Numbered from the stretch's first letter, positions 1-10,770 are shown. The stretch: 64,000 nt of DNA from Sulfurovum sp. (GCA_030949725.1 JAUZSE010000007.1:19379-83378), one strand, 5' to 3'. Translations and numbers: made by a program. The notes: a model not told the origin generated them from the letters alone.

Positions 1-231
1 GTTAAAGCTTGGTTAATTCTAATGTTTTATATGCACTTAAAAGGAGAAAAGCTCATCATTTGGATGACAGGTTTCTCACTTTTTATTGTATTTACATTTT
101 TTGCGATTGTTATCGGTGTAGATGTACAAAAATTCCAATTTCAGGATGAAAGTTACATTACTAAATCGAGTACAAAAGCACATACAACAGATGCAGTACA
201 TTCAGAACCTGCATCTCATTCAGCACACTAA
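1..231 (+). CDS. Cytochrome c oxidase subunit IV family protein, 5'-partial
   Basis: Frame is open from base 1 (VKAWLILMFYMHLKGE, the KA..I...FMHL motif of prokaryotic COX4), followed by a TM helix; lies directly upstream of coxB. Confidence 0.75.
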   Translation, partial: VKAWLILMFYMHLKGEKLIIWMTGFSLFIVFTFFAIVIGVDVQKFQFQDESYITKSSTKAHTTDAVHSEPASHSAH

Positions 232-240
232 GGAGGCACC

Positions 241-1224
241 ATGGATGTTAATAACACACTAAGTGGTTTTAATTCAATGGCGGCAACTTTTGCTGCCGAC
301 GTAGACCACGCATTTTGGCTAAACTTTTGGATATCAATCGTACTAGGTATGACAGTAATTATTCCAATGTTTTATTTTGCATGGAAATATAGAGAGAGTA
401 ATGTTAAAAATGAAGATATTTCTAATAATTCTCACAATACACCACTTGAAATCGCTTGGACACTTATTCCAACGGCATTGATGATGGTACTTTTTTACTA
501 TGGATATACTTCTATGAAAACACTTAGAACTATGCCTGCTGCGTCTGAAAGTATTACGATTAAAGTAGAAGGTTCTAAATGGAAATGGAAATATGAATAT
601 CCAGCAAACAAAGCAGGACATGTTCATAAAATCACTTCTGTGTATGACAAAAAAATTGGCGGTGTCAAAAGAGGACTTTATGTGCCAAAAGGGCAAAAAG
701 TTATTTTAGAAATGACATCACCAATTAATGATGTAATTCATGCATACTTTGTACCAGCTTTCCGTATGAAAGAAGATGTGATTCCAGGACGTACTACTAA
801 ACAATGGTTCGAAGCAGATAAAGTGGGGGAATATGATGTTGAATGTGCAGAGTACTGTGGTACAGCACACTCTTACATGTATTCTAAAATTGTAGTCATG
901 GAACGTGCAGATTATGACAAATGGTTTGAGAGTTCTGCTAAATCACCATTTGAAGATGCAAGTGCTCCAGCACTATCTAAAGGTCAATCCCTTTATGAAG
1001 ACAATGGTTGTGCAGGATGTCACTCTATTGATACGGATGCAATCCTTGTTGGACCATCACTCAAAGGTATTGGTGCTAAACATGATGCAGCATACTTAAA
1101 AGATGCGATTCTAACTCCAGACAAAGTTGTACCAGAAGGTTTCTACCCAGGTGTAATGCCACCATTTGCACTTCCAGAAGCAGATGTAGCTGAACTAGTT
1201 AAATATATGCAGTCAGCTAAATAA
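241..1224 (+). CDS. coxB: Cytochrome c oxidase subunit II with fused C-terminal cytochrome c (caa3-type)
   Basis: LEIAWTLIP, DVIHAYFVP, CuA motif CAEYCGTAHSYM, and a C-terminal CAGCH haem site. Confidence 0.95.
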   Translation: MDVNNTLSGFNSMAATFAADVDHAFWLNFWISIVLGMTVIIPMFYFAWKYRESNVKNEDISNNSHNTPLEIAWTLIPTALMMVLFYYGYTSMKTLRTMPAASESITIKVEGSKWKWKYEYPANKAGHVHKITSVYDKKIGGVKRGLYVPKGQKVILEMTSPINDVIHAYFVPAFRMKEDVIPGRTTKQWFEADKVGEYDVECAEYCGTAHSYMYSKIVVMERADYDKWFESSAKSPFEDASAPALSKGQSLYEDNGCAGCHSIDTDAILVGPSLKGIGAKHDAAYLKDAILTPDKVVPEGFYPGVMPPFALPEADVAELVKYMQSAK

Positions 1225-2087
1225 TGTTTAAAGACTTTATCATAGTCACAAAGTTCGTCCTATCGTTTGCGGTGAGTCTTTCCGCACTCTTTGCCTATAT
1301 CATGGCAAAGGGAGATGTCGGACTTGACATGCTTCTTGCAACCTTCTCTGTACTCCTTGTAGCTATGGGCGTTTCAACACTGAATCAAGTGCAAGAGTAT
1401 AAAGAAGATTCCAAGATGGAACGTACAAAAAATCGCCCTATCGCAGCGGGTCGTATGACACCTCGTACAGGATATATTATATCTGCGGTACTGATATTAC
1501 TTTCTCTAGTTCTTATCTATGACTTACTGGGACTTACTGGTGTAAATTTCTTTATGTTTGCATTTATTTGGTATAACGCAATGTATACTCCACTGAAAAA
1601 AAAGTCAGCATTGGCAGTTGTCCCTGGGGCAATCTTGGGTGTCATACCTCCCGCTATTGGTTGGATGGTTGCAGGTGAGAGTTTGTTAACGTTAGAGTTT
1701 GTTGCATTAGCAGCCTATTTCTTTATTTGGCAAGTGCCACACTTTTGGTTGTTGGTGATGTTGTTTCACGGTGACTATAAAGAGGGTGGATACCCTACGG
1801 CTATGCGTCTATTTGGGCAGGCTAGTCTTCAAAGATTAACCTTTGTATGGCTTATCTTTACGATACAAGCAGGTATATTTCTGGTTTCTGTATTTGAACC
1901 GTATACAGCGACGATTGTGCTTTCTACATTTATAGGTATTTGGGCATTTATTGCATCACTGGAGTTACTGAAAGAAACGTTTAAACTCACGAATGCACGT
2001 TCTGTGTTTTGGAAGATTAATGCAGCTTTCTTAGGTATTATTATCTTGCTTAGTGTTGATGAATATATTAAGCACCATATCTCATAA
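1224..2087 (+). CDS. ctaB: Protoheme IX farnesyltransferase
   Basis: NQVQEYKEDSKMERTKNRPIAAG, YTPLKK and WQVPHFW motifs; TAATG coupling to coxB. Confidence 0.93.
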   Translation: MFKDFIIVTKFVLSFAVSLSALFAYIMAKGDVGLDMLLATFSVLLVAMGVSTLNQVQEYKEDSKMERTKNRPIAAGRMTPRTGYIISAVLILLSLVLIYDLLGLTGVNFFMFAFIWYNAMYTPLKKKSALAVVPGAILGVIPPAIGWMVAGESLLTLEFVALAAYFFIWQVPHFWLLVMLFHGDYKEGGYPTAMRLFGQASLQRLTFVWLIFTIQAGIFLVSVFEPYTATIVLSTFIGIWAFIASLELLKETFKLTNARSVFWKINAAFLGIIILLSVDEYIKHHIS

Positions 2088-2092
2088 ACACA

Positions 2093-2112
2093 ACCAAAGT
2101 CTTTACTTTGGT
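2093..2112 (+). terminator. Probable intrinsic terminator of the cox operon
   Basis: Hairpin ACCAAAGT-cttt-ACTTTGGT just after the ctaB stop. Confidence 0.5.
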
Positions 2113-2155
2113 CTTCCCTAAACCCTCCAAAATTTTATACTAAAAAGGATTTCTC

Positions 2156-2683
2156 TTGAAAGAAGAAACGTATTCACTTGACACGATATTGGCTACATTC
2201 ACGAAAACAAAAAAAGATTCTGCAAAAAAAAGACTTATTTTTGATCAAACCCCTTTAAACGGCATTGGTGCTAAATGGATCATAGCATTTTTTATCTCTT
2301 TGCCTGTGATGTTATATATCGGTATTTTTAATCCTACAATGTTCGATATGCTTGGCATTGCACAAGCTATTATATTTTTCGTAGTTTTTTTATCTATGGT
2401 TATGATACTTGTGATAGCCCTTACTTTTATCAATAATAACAAAGTCTTAAGACAAGTAACACCTTCATGGAACAATAGTTTTCCTGAGGTCGATTTAAAA
2501 TTGGCATTGGCATCAGGAGGCACACCGTATAAAGATTTTTTTAAGCATTACAGTGAAGCTGTAAAGCTAGGGTTAAAAGGTGAAGCTTTGAAAACACACT
2601 TAGCCCAAGCATTTAAAGTCATGCAAGAAGAGAATGCAGACTTGTATGATGCTATTGCTTCAGCAAGATCGGGCAGGAGATAA
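2156..2683 (+). CDS. Hypothetical membrane protein, two TM helices
   Basis: 175-aa ORF with TTG start after an AAGGA RBS and two hydrophobic segments. Confidence 0.7.
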   Translation: MKEETYSLDTILATFTKTKKDSAKKRLIFDQTPLNGIGAKWIIAFFISLPVMLYIGIFNPTMFDMLGIAQAIIFFVVFLSMVMILVIALTFINNNKVLRQVTPSWNNSFPEVDLKLALASGGTPYKDFFKHYSEAVKLGLKGEALKTHLAQAFKVMQEENADLYDAIASARSGRR

Positions 2684-2684
2684 A

Positions 2685-3311
2685 ATGCAAAATAAAAAAC
2701 AACTAAGTAAAGTTCTTTTTCTGATAAGTCTTCTTGCCTCTACAATAACGCTTATTGCAAACGATAACAAAGTGGCATGTATGAAAAATGATGCAAGTGC
2801 CTGTTATGCCTATGCTTTGCCTTTGGTCTCTGGAGAAAATGCCAACATCCAAGATATAAGAGAAGAAGGTTTAAACTATATACGTAAAGCTTGTGTGTTA
2901 GGGTATCATCAAGCCTGTGATGTATTGGGTAAAAATTATTTTGAGGATAAAAGTTATATCGCGGCAAGACCCCACTTGGAAGAATCTTGCAACAGAGGTG
3001 TTAAAGTAGCGTGTGAATCTATGGGTGTGATCTATAGGGATGGACATGATGTAAGAAATGACGATGTCAAAGCTAGAGAGTTTTTCACAAAAGCATGTGC
3101 GCTTAAAAGTCCTGATGCCTGTTATAATGTAGCCATCATCTATCGTGGTGGTTTTGGTGTGACAAAAAGTAGAGAAAAAGAGAAAGAATTTTACAAAAAA
3201 GGTTGCGATCTTGGACTTAAAGCCAGTTGTGACAGATTTACAGAATTAGACAATGAAGACAAGGGCATCGAAACAGGGTTTATTGCTACTATGAAGGCAT
3301 GGTTTAACTAG
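2685..3311 (+). CDS. Secreted cysteine-rich Sel1-like repeat protein (Hcp-like)
   Basis: Signal peptide, repeated KAC..G...AC..LG..Y..G units; ATG at 2685 follows AGGAG. Confidence 0.85.
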   Translation: MQNKKQLSKVLFLISLLASTITLIANDNKVACMKNDASACYAYALPLVSGENANIQDIREEGLNYIRKACVLGYHQACDVLGKNYFEDKSYIAARPHLEESCNRGVKVACESMGVIYRDGHDVRNDDVKAREFFTKACALKSPDACYNVAIIYRGGFGVTKSREKEKEFYKKGCDLGLKASCDRFTELDNEDKGIETGFIATMKAWFN

Positions 3312-3453
3312 ATACAAAGGACATAGTATCAATAATAAGAGTAAAATACTCTTATTATTATCAAAAAACTTATACATATTCCCTTAAAATATGTATGTAT
3401 AAAGAGTATATATTTTGCACCATTCTTCATTAAACTATTAAATACACTTCTTC

Positions 3454-3495
3454 TTGATACAGATTAAGCTTTTGAATTCTAAATAATCTTATAAT
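3454..3495 (+). promoter_or_regulatory. Crp/Fnr-family box and -10 element of the ccoN promoter
   Basis: TTGAT-acag-ATTAA (3454-3467), one mismatch from TTGAT-N4-ATCAA; TATAAT at 3490-3495 places the box centre at about -41.5. Confidence 0.6.
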
Positions 3496-3546
3496 AATAA
3501 CTAATGTTGTCATCTTGCAACATGGAATTTATATAAAGGGGTATGC

Positions 3547-5013
3547 ATGCAATCAAACGCAGCATTGGAATATGATTATTCATTGGCAAAAAAGTTTACT
3601 TTTTTAACTATTTTGTTTGGAATATTAGGTATGGTAGTCGGGACATTGATCGCCGCACAAATGGCATTTCCTGAATTAAACTACTTACTCGGAGAGTATG
3701 GTACCTTTTCAAGACTTAGACCCGTTCACACTAACACAGTGGTATTTGGATTTACAGTTTCTGGGATTTTTGCTACATGGTTTTATTTGGGACAAAGAGT
3801 ATTAAAGGTATCTATCGCAGAATCAAAGTTCTTGATGGTTATAGGTAATATCCAGTTTTGGCTTTACTTTGTTGTTGCACTTGCAGCAACAGTATCTTTA
3901 TTATTTGGAGTATCTTCATCTAAAGAATATGCACAGTACGAATGGCCATTTGACTTAGGTGTTGTGGTTGTTTGGGTTCTTTGGGGTATCGGTATGATGG
4001 GTCTTATCGGTATTAGAAGAGAAAAAGCACTTTATATCTCTGTATGGTATTATCTTGCATGTTTCCTTGGTGTAGCTATGCTTTACCTGTTTAACAACAT
4101 GGCGATACCTACGTATTTTGCAACTGAAGGTTTAGGAAGTATTTTACACTCAGTATCAATGTACTCTGGAACCAATGATGCACTTGTACAATGGTGGTAT
4201 GGACATAATGCTGTTGCATTTGGATTTACTGTGCCAATTGTTGGTATGATTTATTATTTCCTTCCAAAAGAATCAGGACAAGCAATTTATTCATATAAGC
4301 TTTCTTTACTTTCTTTCTGGGGACTCATGTTTGTGTATCTTTGGGCTGGGTCACACCACCTATTATGGTCAACAGTTCCAGACTGGATGCAAACTATGGG
4401 TTCTGCGTTCTCTGTAGTACTTATCTTGCCATCATGGGGTTCAGCGATTAACATGCTCCTTACGATGAAAGGTGAGTGGAATCAGTTAACAGACAATCCA
4501 TTGATCAAATTTATGGTACTTGCTTCAACATTCTATATGTTGTCCACTATTGAAGGGCCTATTCAAGCGATTAGATCGGTTAATGCTATTGCACACTTTA
4601 CTGACTGGATTCCTGGACACGTTCATGATGGTACACTAGGTTGGGTTACATTTATGATTATGGCGGCTATTTTTCATATGTCACCACGTATGTTTAAAAG
4701 AGAAATTTACTCTAAAAAACTGATGGAAGCACAATTCTGGCTTCAAACGGTAGCAGTTGTTCTTTACTTTACATCTATGTGGATCGCGGGTATTACGCAA
4801 GGTATGATGTGGAGAGCGGTAGATGAATATGGTAACTTGATGTATTCTTTCATCGATACAGTTACGGTACTTCATCCATATTATACAATTAGAGCACTTT
4901 CGGGCGTTATGTACCTTACTGGTTTCATTATGTTCGCTTACAATATATATAAAACTATGACTTCAGGTAGAGTACTTACTGAAGAGCCACAGTTTAGAAC
5001 ACCTATGGCATAA
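3547..5013 (+). CDS. ccoN: cbb3-type cytochrome c oxidase subunit I
   Basis: RLRPVHTN, QWWYGHNAV, WAGSHHL and WIPGHVH motifs. Confidence 0.98.
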   Translation: MQSNAALEYDYSLAKKFTFLTILFGILGMVVGTLIAAQMAFPELNYLLGEYGTFSRLRPVHTNTVVFGFTVSGIFATWFYLGQRVLKVSIAESKFLMVIGNIQFWLYFVVALAATVSLLFGVSSSKEYAQYEWPFDLGVVVVWVLWGIGMMGLIGIRREKALYISVWYYLACFLGVAMLYLFNNMAIPTYFATEGLGSILHSVSMYSGTNDALVQWWYGHNAVAFGFTVPIVGMIYYFLPKESGQAIYSYKLSLLSFWGLMFVYLWAGSHHLLWSTVPDWMQTMGSAFSVVLILPSWGSAINMLLTMKGEWNQLTDNPLIKFMVLASTFYMLSTIEGPIQAIRSVNAIAHFTDWIPGHVHDGTLGWVTFMIMAAIFHMSPRMFKREIYSKKLMEAQFWLQTVAVVLYFTSMWIAGITQGMMWRAVDEYGNLMYSFIDTVTVLHPYYTIRALSGVMYLTGFIMFAYNIYKTMTSGRVLTEEPQFRTPMA

Positions 5014-5025
5014 GGAGGTCTTATT

Positions 5026-5694
5026 ATGTTTTTTCATTGGTTAGAAAAAAATCCATTCTTTTTCGCTGCGGCGATATCGATTGTTATCTCGTTTGCAGGG
5101 CTTATAGAGATCGTTCCAAACTTTGCCAAGTCAGGTAAACCGCTCGTGGACTTAAAGCCACGTACGGTTCTTGAGCTTGCAGGTAAAAATGTGTACATGA
5201 AAGACAACTGTATGTCATGTCACTCACAAATGATTCGTCCATTTAAATCTGAGACAGATCGTTATGGTGATTATTCACTCTCCGGTGAGTATGCGTATGA
5301 TAGACCTTTCCTTTGGGGTTCCAAAAGAACAGGTCCAGACTTACACCGTATAGGTAATTATAGATCAACAGACTGGCATGAGAACCATATGTGGGATCCA
5401 CCGGCCATTGTGCCTGGTTCAATTATGCCAGCGTACAAGCATCAGTTTACAAACATAGCTGATATTGAAACGGCTTATGCAGAAGCAGTGACGGTTAAAA
5501 ATGCTTTCCATACACCTTACGGTCCTGAATTTAAAACGACCAGAGCAGCGTGGGATGCACACAGACCAAAAGTACTTGCAGACGCAAAAGCAATTGCAGA
5601 TAACATGAAAAACAAAGATGTTAAAGAAGCAGTTGCAAATGGTGAAGTACCTGAAGTTGTAGCACTTATTGCTTACCTCAATAGCTTAAAGTAG
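5026..5694 (+). CDS. ccoO: cbb3-type oxidase subunit II
   Basis: CMSCHSQMIRP and WGSKRTGPDL motifs. Confidence 0.98.
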   Translation: MFFHWLEKNPFFFAAAISIVISFAGLIEIVPNFAKSGKPLVDLKPRTVLELAGKNVYMKDNCMSCHSQMIRPFKSETDRYGDYSLSGEYAYDRPFLWGSKRTGPDLHRIGNYRSTDWHENHMWDPPAIVPGSIMPAYKHQFTNIADIETAYAEAVTVKNAFHTPYGPEFKTTRAAWDAHRPKVLADAKAIADNMKNKDVKEAVANGEVPEVVALIAYLNSLK

Positions 5695-5700
5695 TATAAA

Positions 5701-5925
5701 ATGGAAATGGATCTTAGAAACTTACAAGGATATGCAAATATATTTATGACCATATTCTTAGTGGTGATGTTGTATTGGTATATTATACACCTGTACAGAT
5801 CTGAGAAAAAGGGTGTGCGTGATTATGAAAAATACGGGAACATTGCACTCGATGACTCAGTCACGAGTACACCCGTAGAAGATAAACCCGCATCGCAAAG
5901 AGAATATAAGGAGGAGAATAAATGA
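5701..5925 (+). CDS. ccoQ: cbb3-type oxidase subunit CcoQ
   Basis: One TM helix plus RDYEKYGNIALDD; position between ccoO and ccoP. Confidence 0.92.
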   Translation: MEMDLRNLQGYANIFMTIFLVVMLYWYIIHLYRSEKKGVRDYEKYGNIALDDSVTSTPVEDKPASQREYKEENK

Positions 5926-6812
5926 ATGCATTAATGATAAAAGCATTAGCTTTTGCTGCGATACTTATGATAGCAACTATTTATGTGGTAATGAGCTTAG
6001 ATATTGATATTGTTGGAGATTCAGTAAATGCTATAACAATAGGGGGTGCCCTTGCTATTGCTGTGATTACATCAGCAGTTTCGGTTAAATATATTAACCA
6101 GATGAAAACAGATACAGCAAGTGGTGAACTTGCAGAAGAGAATTGGGACGGAATTGGTGAGTATAAAAATGAACTTCCTTCTGGTTGGGCCTACACATTT
6201 TTGGCTGTATTTATATGGTCGATGTGGTATGGTATGTTTGGTTACCCTATCAATACCTATAGTCAGATCGGCGAATACAATGAGGAAGTACTTGCATATA
6301 ATGCAAAGTTCGAAGCCATACATAAAAATGCTGATGCTGCAACATTACTAGGGATGGGTGAATCTATTTATTTGGTTCAGTGTTCACAGTGTCACGGAAA
6401 TACTGGAGATGGACTTGATGGTAGAGCACATGACTTTACATCGAGAATAACGAAAGAGCAAGTACTTGAAGCCATCAACAATGGAGCAGACTCTTTAGGT
6501 TATGCTATGGGTGCAATGCCTGCAGGTATGGCATCAGGTGCAGATGCTGAAGCTATCGCAATCTACGTGGCTGGCGGTATGAAGGGTAAGCAACCTGCAT
6601 CATTTGCAGCATGTTCCTCATGTCATGGAGTAGATGGTAAAGGAAATGGTGGTATGTCACCAAACCTTGTAGCCTATGATGATGTATTGATGAATCACGT
6701 GATTAAAAATGGTAAAAAAGGCTCTATAGGTAAAATGCCAGCATTTAAAACGTTGATTACCCCAGTACAAGAAAAAGCATTGACTGTATATATACAGTCA
6801 TTGTCAAACTAA
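5922..6812 (+). CDS. ccoP: cbb3-type oxidase subunit III (dihaem cytochrome c)
   Basis: WDGIGEYKNELP, CSQCH and CSSCH motifs. Confidence 0.96.
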   Translation: MNALMIKALAFAAILMIATIYVVMSLDIDIVGDSVNAITIGGALAIAVITSAVSVKYINQMKTDTASGELAEENWDGIGEYKNELPSGWAYTFLAVFIWSMWYGMFGYPINTYSQIGEYNEEVLAYNAKFEAIHKNADAATLLGMGESIYLVQCSQCHGNTGDGLDGRAHDFTSRITKEQVLEAINNGADSLGYAMGAMPAGMASGADAEAIAIYVAGGMKGKQPASFAACSSCHGVDGKGNGGMSPNLVAYDDVLMNHVIKNGKKGSIGKMPAFKTLITPVQEKALTVYIQSLSN

Positions 6813-6821
6813 GGAGTTAAG

Positions 6822-7058
6822 ATGACTGAAAATACAAAAAGATCTGTATTTGGATTTCATGGTATATTTGGAATTATGATTTCAATCGTAGGCTTACTTG
6901 TGATTCTTGTGACTTTAATGCTTCTTGCGATTGTTGCACAAAGACATGCAGTAGAAAGTCCTTATGATCCTACTGTTATTAGGGATGTAAATAACCTTAA
7001 AATGAGATCTATAGACAATTGGAATTATTCATTCCAAGCAGCGAAAAAGGATAAATAA
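6822..7058 (+). CDS. DUF4006-family small membrane protein of the Campylobacterota cco operon
   Basis: RSVFGFHGIFG plus a TM helix, directly after ccoP. Confidence 0.8.
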   Translation: MTENTKRSVFGFHGIFGIMISIVGLLVILVTLMLLAIVAQRHAVESPYDPTVIRDVNNLKMRSIDNWNYSFQAAKKDK

Positions 7059-7165
7059 TGATTAAATATATGGATAAAATACTTTTTGCCTGTTTGGCAT
7101 TTGCTGCGATTGCAGCAATCTATTTGTCATTCACGGCTAGCACTAACCTTTTATACGTAGGTTAA
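7058..7165 (+). CDS. 35-aa single-TM protein in the cco operon (absent from the ORF track)
   Basis: MIKYMDKILFACLAFAAIAAIYLSFTASTNLLYVG; TAATG overlap with the upstream stop, ends 2 nt before the next ATG. Confidence 0.75.
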   Translation: MIKYMDKILFACLAFAAIAAIYLSFTASTNLLYVG

Positions 7166-7167
7166 AT

Positions 7168-7824
7168 ATGAATAAAGCAAAAGTAAGGGCAAACCTCTCT
7201 AAAGGGGTTTTTGCTGTGCTTGCTTTATGTATGCTTCCACTTCTACTAAACGCGACACAACTCCTCAGAAATGACCTTTTAAAACTAGAAGCTGTACAAC
7301 TCATAGATGATATGGGTGAAGAACTTCAAGCAAAAACAGGTGTCAATGCCTATGTTATTGCAACCCATGAACATTTTCCCGAGAGATATAATTTAGTAGA
7401 ACACATTAAGCAGTATGAAGCAAAGCTAAGTAAGCCGTATGTATTGTTTATCTTTGCTCCCTTTGCAACGATAACAAAAAAATCAGATGCACGGGGAAGG
7501 GTAGGAATCATCCCCTCTTCTTCGAGCGTAAGAGCAATGTATGATTATGATGATGTACGAGATGCAGGCATTAATATTGTTGCGATTAAAGACAGCAATA
7601 CACAAGAAGATAAGTTCAATATAGGGGTACTTCAAGCCTATTCTGTTCTTGCAGATAATATTGCTTTTTCTAAGGGTGTAAAATTAGAAAAAACAATCCG
7701 TGATGAGATCGAAACCATGGTAACTATATTGAGAATATTGGTCTATTCTGGTACGACAGTGCTACTTTGGATATTTGTATTGAGACCATTATGGATAAGG
7801 ATGAGAGATGAAAGACAAAAATAA
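7168..7824 (+). CDS. Membrane-anchored periplasmic protein, TPM-like, cco-associated
   Basis: N-terminal signal/TM, GEELQAKTGVNAYV, C-terminal TM; conserved position in the operon. Confidence 0.65.
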   Translation: MNKAKVRANLSKGVFAVLALCMLPLLLNATQLLRNDLLKLEAVQLIDDMGEELQAKTGVNAYVIATHEHFPERYNLVEHIKQYEAKLSKPYVLFIFAPFATITKKSDARGRVGIIPSSSSVRAMYDYDDVRDAGINIVAIKDSNTQEDKFNIGVLQAYSVLADNIAFSKGVKLEKTIRDEIETMVTILRILVYSGTTVLLWIFVLRPLWIRMRDERQK

Positions 7825-8356
7825 AAAAACCTATTGGCCACATATGATACTAGGCTTTTTGGCTATAGGAATTACGTTAGGGTACTGGACAGTAAAATCT
7901 GCTTCCTCTATGCCTGTACAAGAATCGAATCAGTATATGTTGAAGTATCAAATGGCAGATATTACTATCAATGAGGTACTGAAGAGTCAAAAAGTCTTTG
8001 ATAGCCTGTATACCATAAAAATACAAGATGTTCAAACGATGGTGATGACAGACAATGTAAACAGCAACCGTCCGCAGCCTAATCCTGTAAAACTAAGTTC
8101 TGGGACTAACACGTTTTCTTACCTAGTGACGAAGAAAGATGGTACTGTAGTCAATGATGCTAATGTAAGTTTCTTGCTTACCCAACCACATTCAAGAAGA
8201 AATGACATTTTTGTAGAGAATGTTATGTTTGGCAATGGAATGTATGTAGCCAAAGACATTAAAATCGAATATGCGGGTAGATATACCTTACAGTTGAGAG
8301 TTGTTACCTCTGAGGGTACAGGATTTGATGCTATAGCTGCGTACCTTAAGCCTTAG
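7808..8356 (+). CDS. ccoH: FixH/CcoH-family cbb3 assembly protein
   Basis: KTYWPHMI plus TM, followed by an Ig-like C-terminus (LTQPHS..D, GRYTLQLRV). Confidence 0.75.
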   Translation: MKDKNKKTYWPHMILGFLAIGITLGYWTVKSASSMPVQESNQYMLKYQMADITINEVLKSQKVFDSLYTIKIQDVQTMVMTDNVNSNRPQPNPVKLSSGTNTFSYLVTKKDGTVVNDANVSFLLTQPHSRRNDIFVENVMFGNGMYVAKDIKIEYAGRYTLQLRVVTSEGTGFDAIAAYLKP

Positions 8357-8400
8357 GTTTTTTCTTTTATTTAAATGGGTATTTATGCTATACTTCTTCT

Positions 8401-10770
8401 ATGAATCAACTGCATATTTACCCCACTTCCCGAGCGCTTAGAACGCTTAGTCAATACTATAAAGAACAAGAAGGCTTTTTGCCTACACTCATGCGTATGG
8501 ATGAGTTTGAACAGCGTGCTATCTTGCTTGGTAATACTATGAAAATAGATCCTTTACAACGTATATTACTTTTGCGTGAAGCCGCCAAATTTGAAGCGTT
8601 TGAAGATTTAAAACTAGATATTTCTTTGGTACGATTTTTTACCAAGAGTGATGCTTTGTTTAAGTTTTTTGAAGAAATGGCAGCAGAGAAGATAGACTTT
8701 ATGCGCTTGTCCGAGGCAGATGCTTATGTAGAATTTACTACACATCTTGAGATACTTGAGAGACTTCTACAAAATTATAAAAACCTTTTGGATGCAAAAG
8801 GCTATACTGATAAAGCATTTATACCTAGTAGCCATGTACTCAATATTGGTTTTTTAAAATCCTATAGAGAGATAGAAGTACATCTTGAAGGGTACTTAAG
8901 TTTTTTTGAACTCGAACTGCTAGAGAAGATCTCTCAAGAAGTGGCACTAACTGTTCATTATACTACTTCTAAATTTAACAAAAAAATGCAAGAACGTTTT
9001 AAGACGCTAGGTATATCCTTAAAAAATAACCACCATATAAGTTTTTCACTGACTGATAAAAAAGTGCTGACAACGCAAAAGAATGAAAATATCATCCATG
9101 CAAAAGTATACGCGGTTGAAGAAAGAGAAGAACAGATTGCTCTAGCTTTTGAAAAGATAGAAGAGATGGTTTCTTCAGGGTTTCTTGCAGAAGAAATAGT
9201 ACTGATACTTCCAAATGAAAACTTCAAAGAACATTTTACACTTTTTGACATACACCATAACCTAAACTTCGCGATGGGATACGACTATAGTAATGGTCGT
9301 ATCTATAAATCATTAGAAGCACTCTATAGATACTGGCAAAGTTTCGATGCTGAAAGCAAGAAGTTATTAGAGCGTTATGGTTTTGTTTTGGAAGAGATTA
9401 AGAAAATATCGGTCAGTCAAAAAATGCATGTGGGTGACTTTTTTGTCTGTATAGATGGGTTGGGATACCATGAGAGTCCTTTGCAAGGGGCAGACAAACA
9501 AGATAAGAAAAAAGAAAAGTTTAATGAACGTGTACATGAACAGTATGTACATTTTAGTCAAGGTCTTAGAATCTGAGGAGCTAAGTCTCAAAGAGTGGCT
9601 TTTCTTATGGCTAAAATCCCTCTCGAAAGTCACCATGGATGATGTACGTGGTGGCAAAATAACAGTGATGGGCGTACTAGAGACTAGGGGTGTATCCTTT
9701 AAGGGTGTGGTCATCGTGGACTTTAATGAAGGTGTAGTACCTGCCACTTCAAGTAAAGATCAGTTTTTAAATTCCCAAGTACGTGCTTTTGCAAACTTAC
9801 CCACCAAAAATGACAGAGAATCTTTACAAAAACAATACTATAAGCGTCTTTTGGAACAAGCAACTCAGGCAGTGATACTCTACAGTACGTCAGACAATAA
9901 ACTACCCTCAAACTTTCTTTACGAATTGGGCTTAGAAAAGGCAGAGCAAACACAAGCACAGTTTGATCTACTATATAATCAACCTTCCCAACTACAAAAT
10001 GTGAATGATCCTGAAGTGTTGGATTTTGATGCTACTACTATCACATGGTCTGCCTCACGTCTGAAGACTTATCTTGAGTGTAAGCGTAAGTATTATTATA
10101 GGTATATCCAAAAGATACAAGCTAAGAAAGAAGAAGAACAAAATGAAGGTGCATTTTTGCACTCACTGTTAGACCATTTGCACAGAAAACATGAAAGTTA
10201 TAACAGTCAAGAACACATGCAAAAAGAATTGTATATGCTCATGGATAAACTCATGCCATTGGATAACGCCCAAACAGAGTACAAAAAATTATTGTGGAAA
10301 GAAAAACTAAAAGGTTTTGTAGAAACACAGATAACACACTTTAGCATCAGGATGGAAAGTGAAAGAAAGAGAAAAAGAGTTCCAATCTACGATAGGCGGA
10401 CTTAAGTTCAAAGGACGCATAGACCGCATAGACCAAAATGAAACAGAGACTTTGGTGTTAGATTACAAAAGTGGAAGTATCAGTGCGGCACAAAGTAAAA
10501 ATATGGAAAAAATCACAGATCTACAAATGAGTATCTACCATCAAATGTTAAGTACAAAGTATCAAAATATCAATTTGGCGTTTGTAAAACTTTTTGAAAA
10601 TGGAAGCATAGAAGAAATCACCCTACTTGAAGAAAAAAAACGAACGCCTAGCAGAAGTCATCATAGAACTCAAACAGACGCAAAGTTTTGTGGCTGAAAA
10701 ATGTGAGGATTTACAGAAATGTAAGTTTTGTGAGTTTACGTTGATGTGTGGGAGAGGAACATATCTTTGA
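8401..10770 (+). CDS. addB: AddB PD-(D/E)xK nuclease subunit; three apparent +1 frameshifts
   Basis: Pieces join to give VMGVLETRG, SASRLKTYLECKRKYYY, GRIDRID..VLDYKSG and terminal C..C..C Fe-S ligands ending at TGA 10770. Confidence 0.88.
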
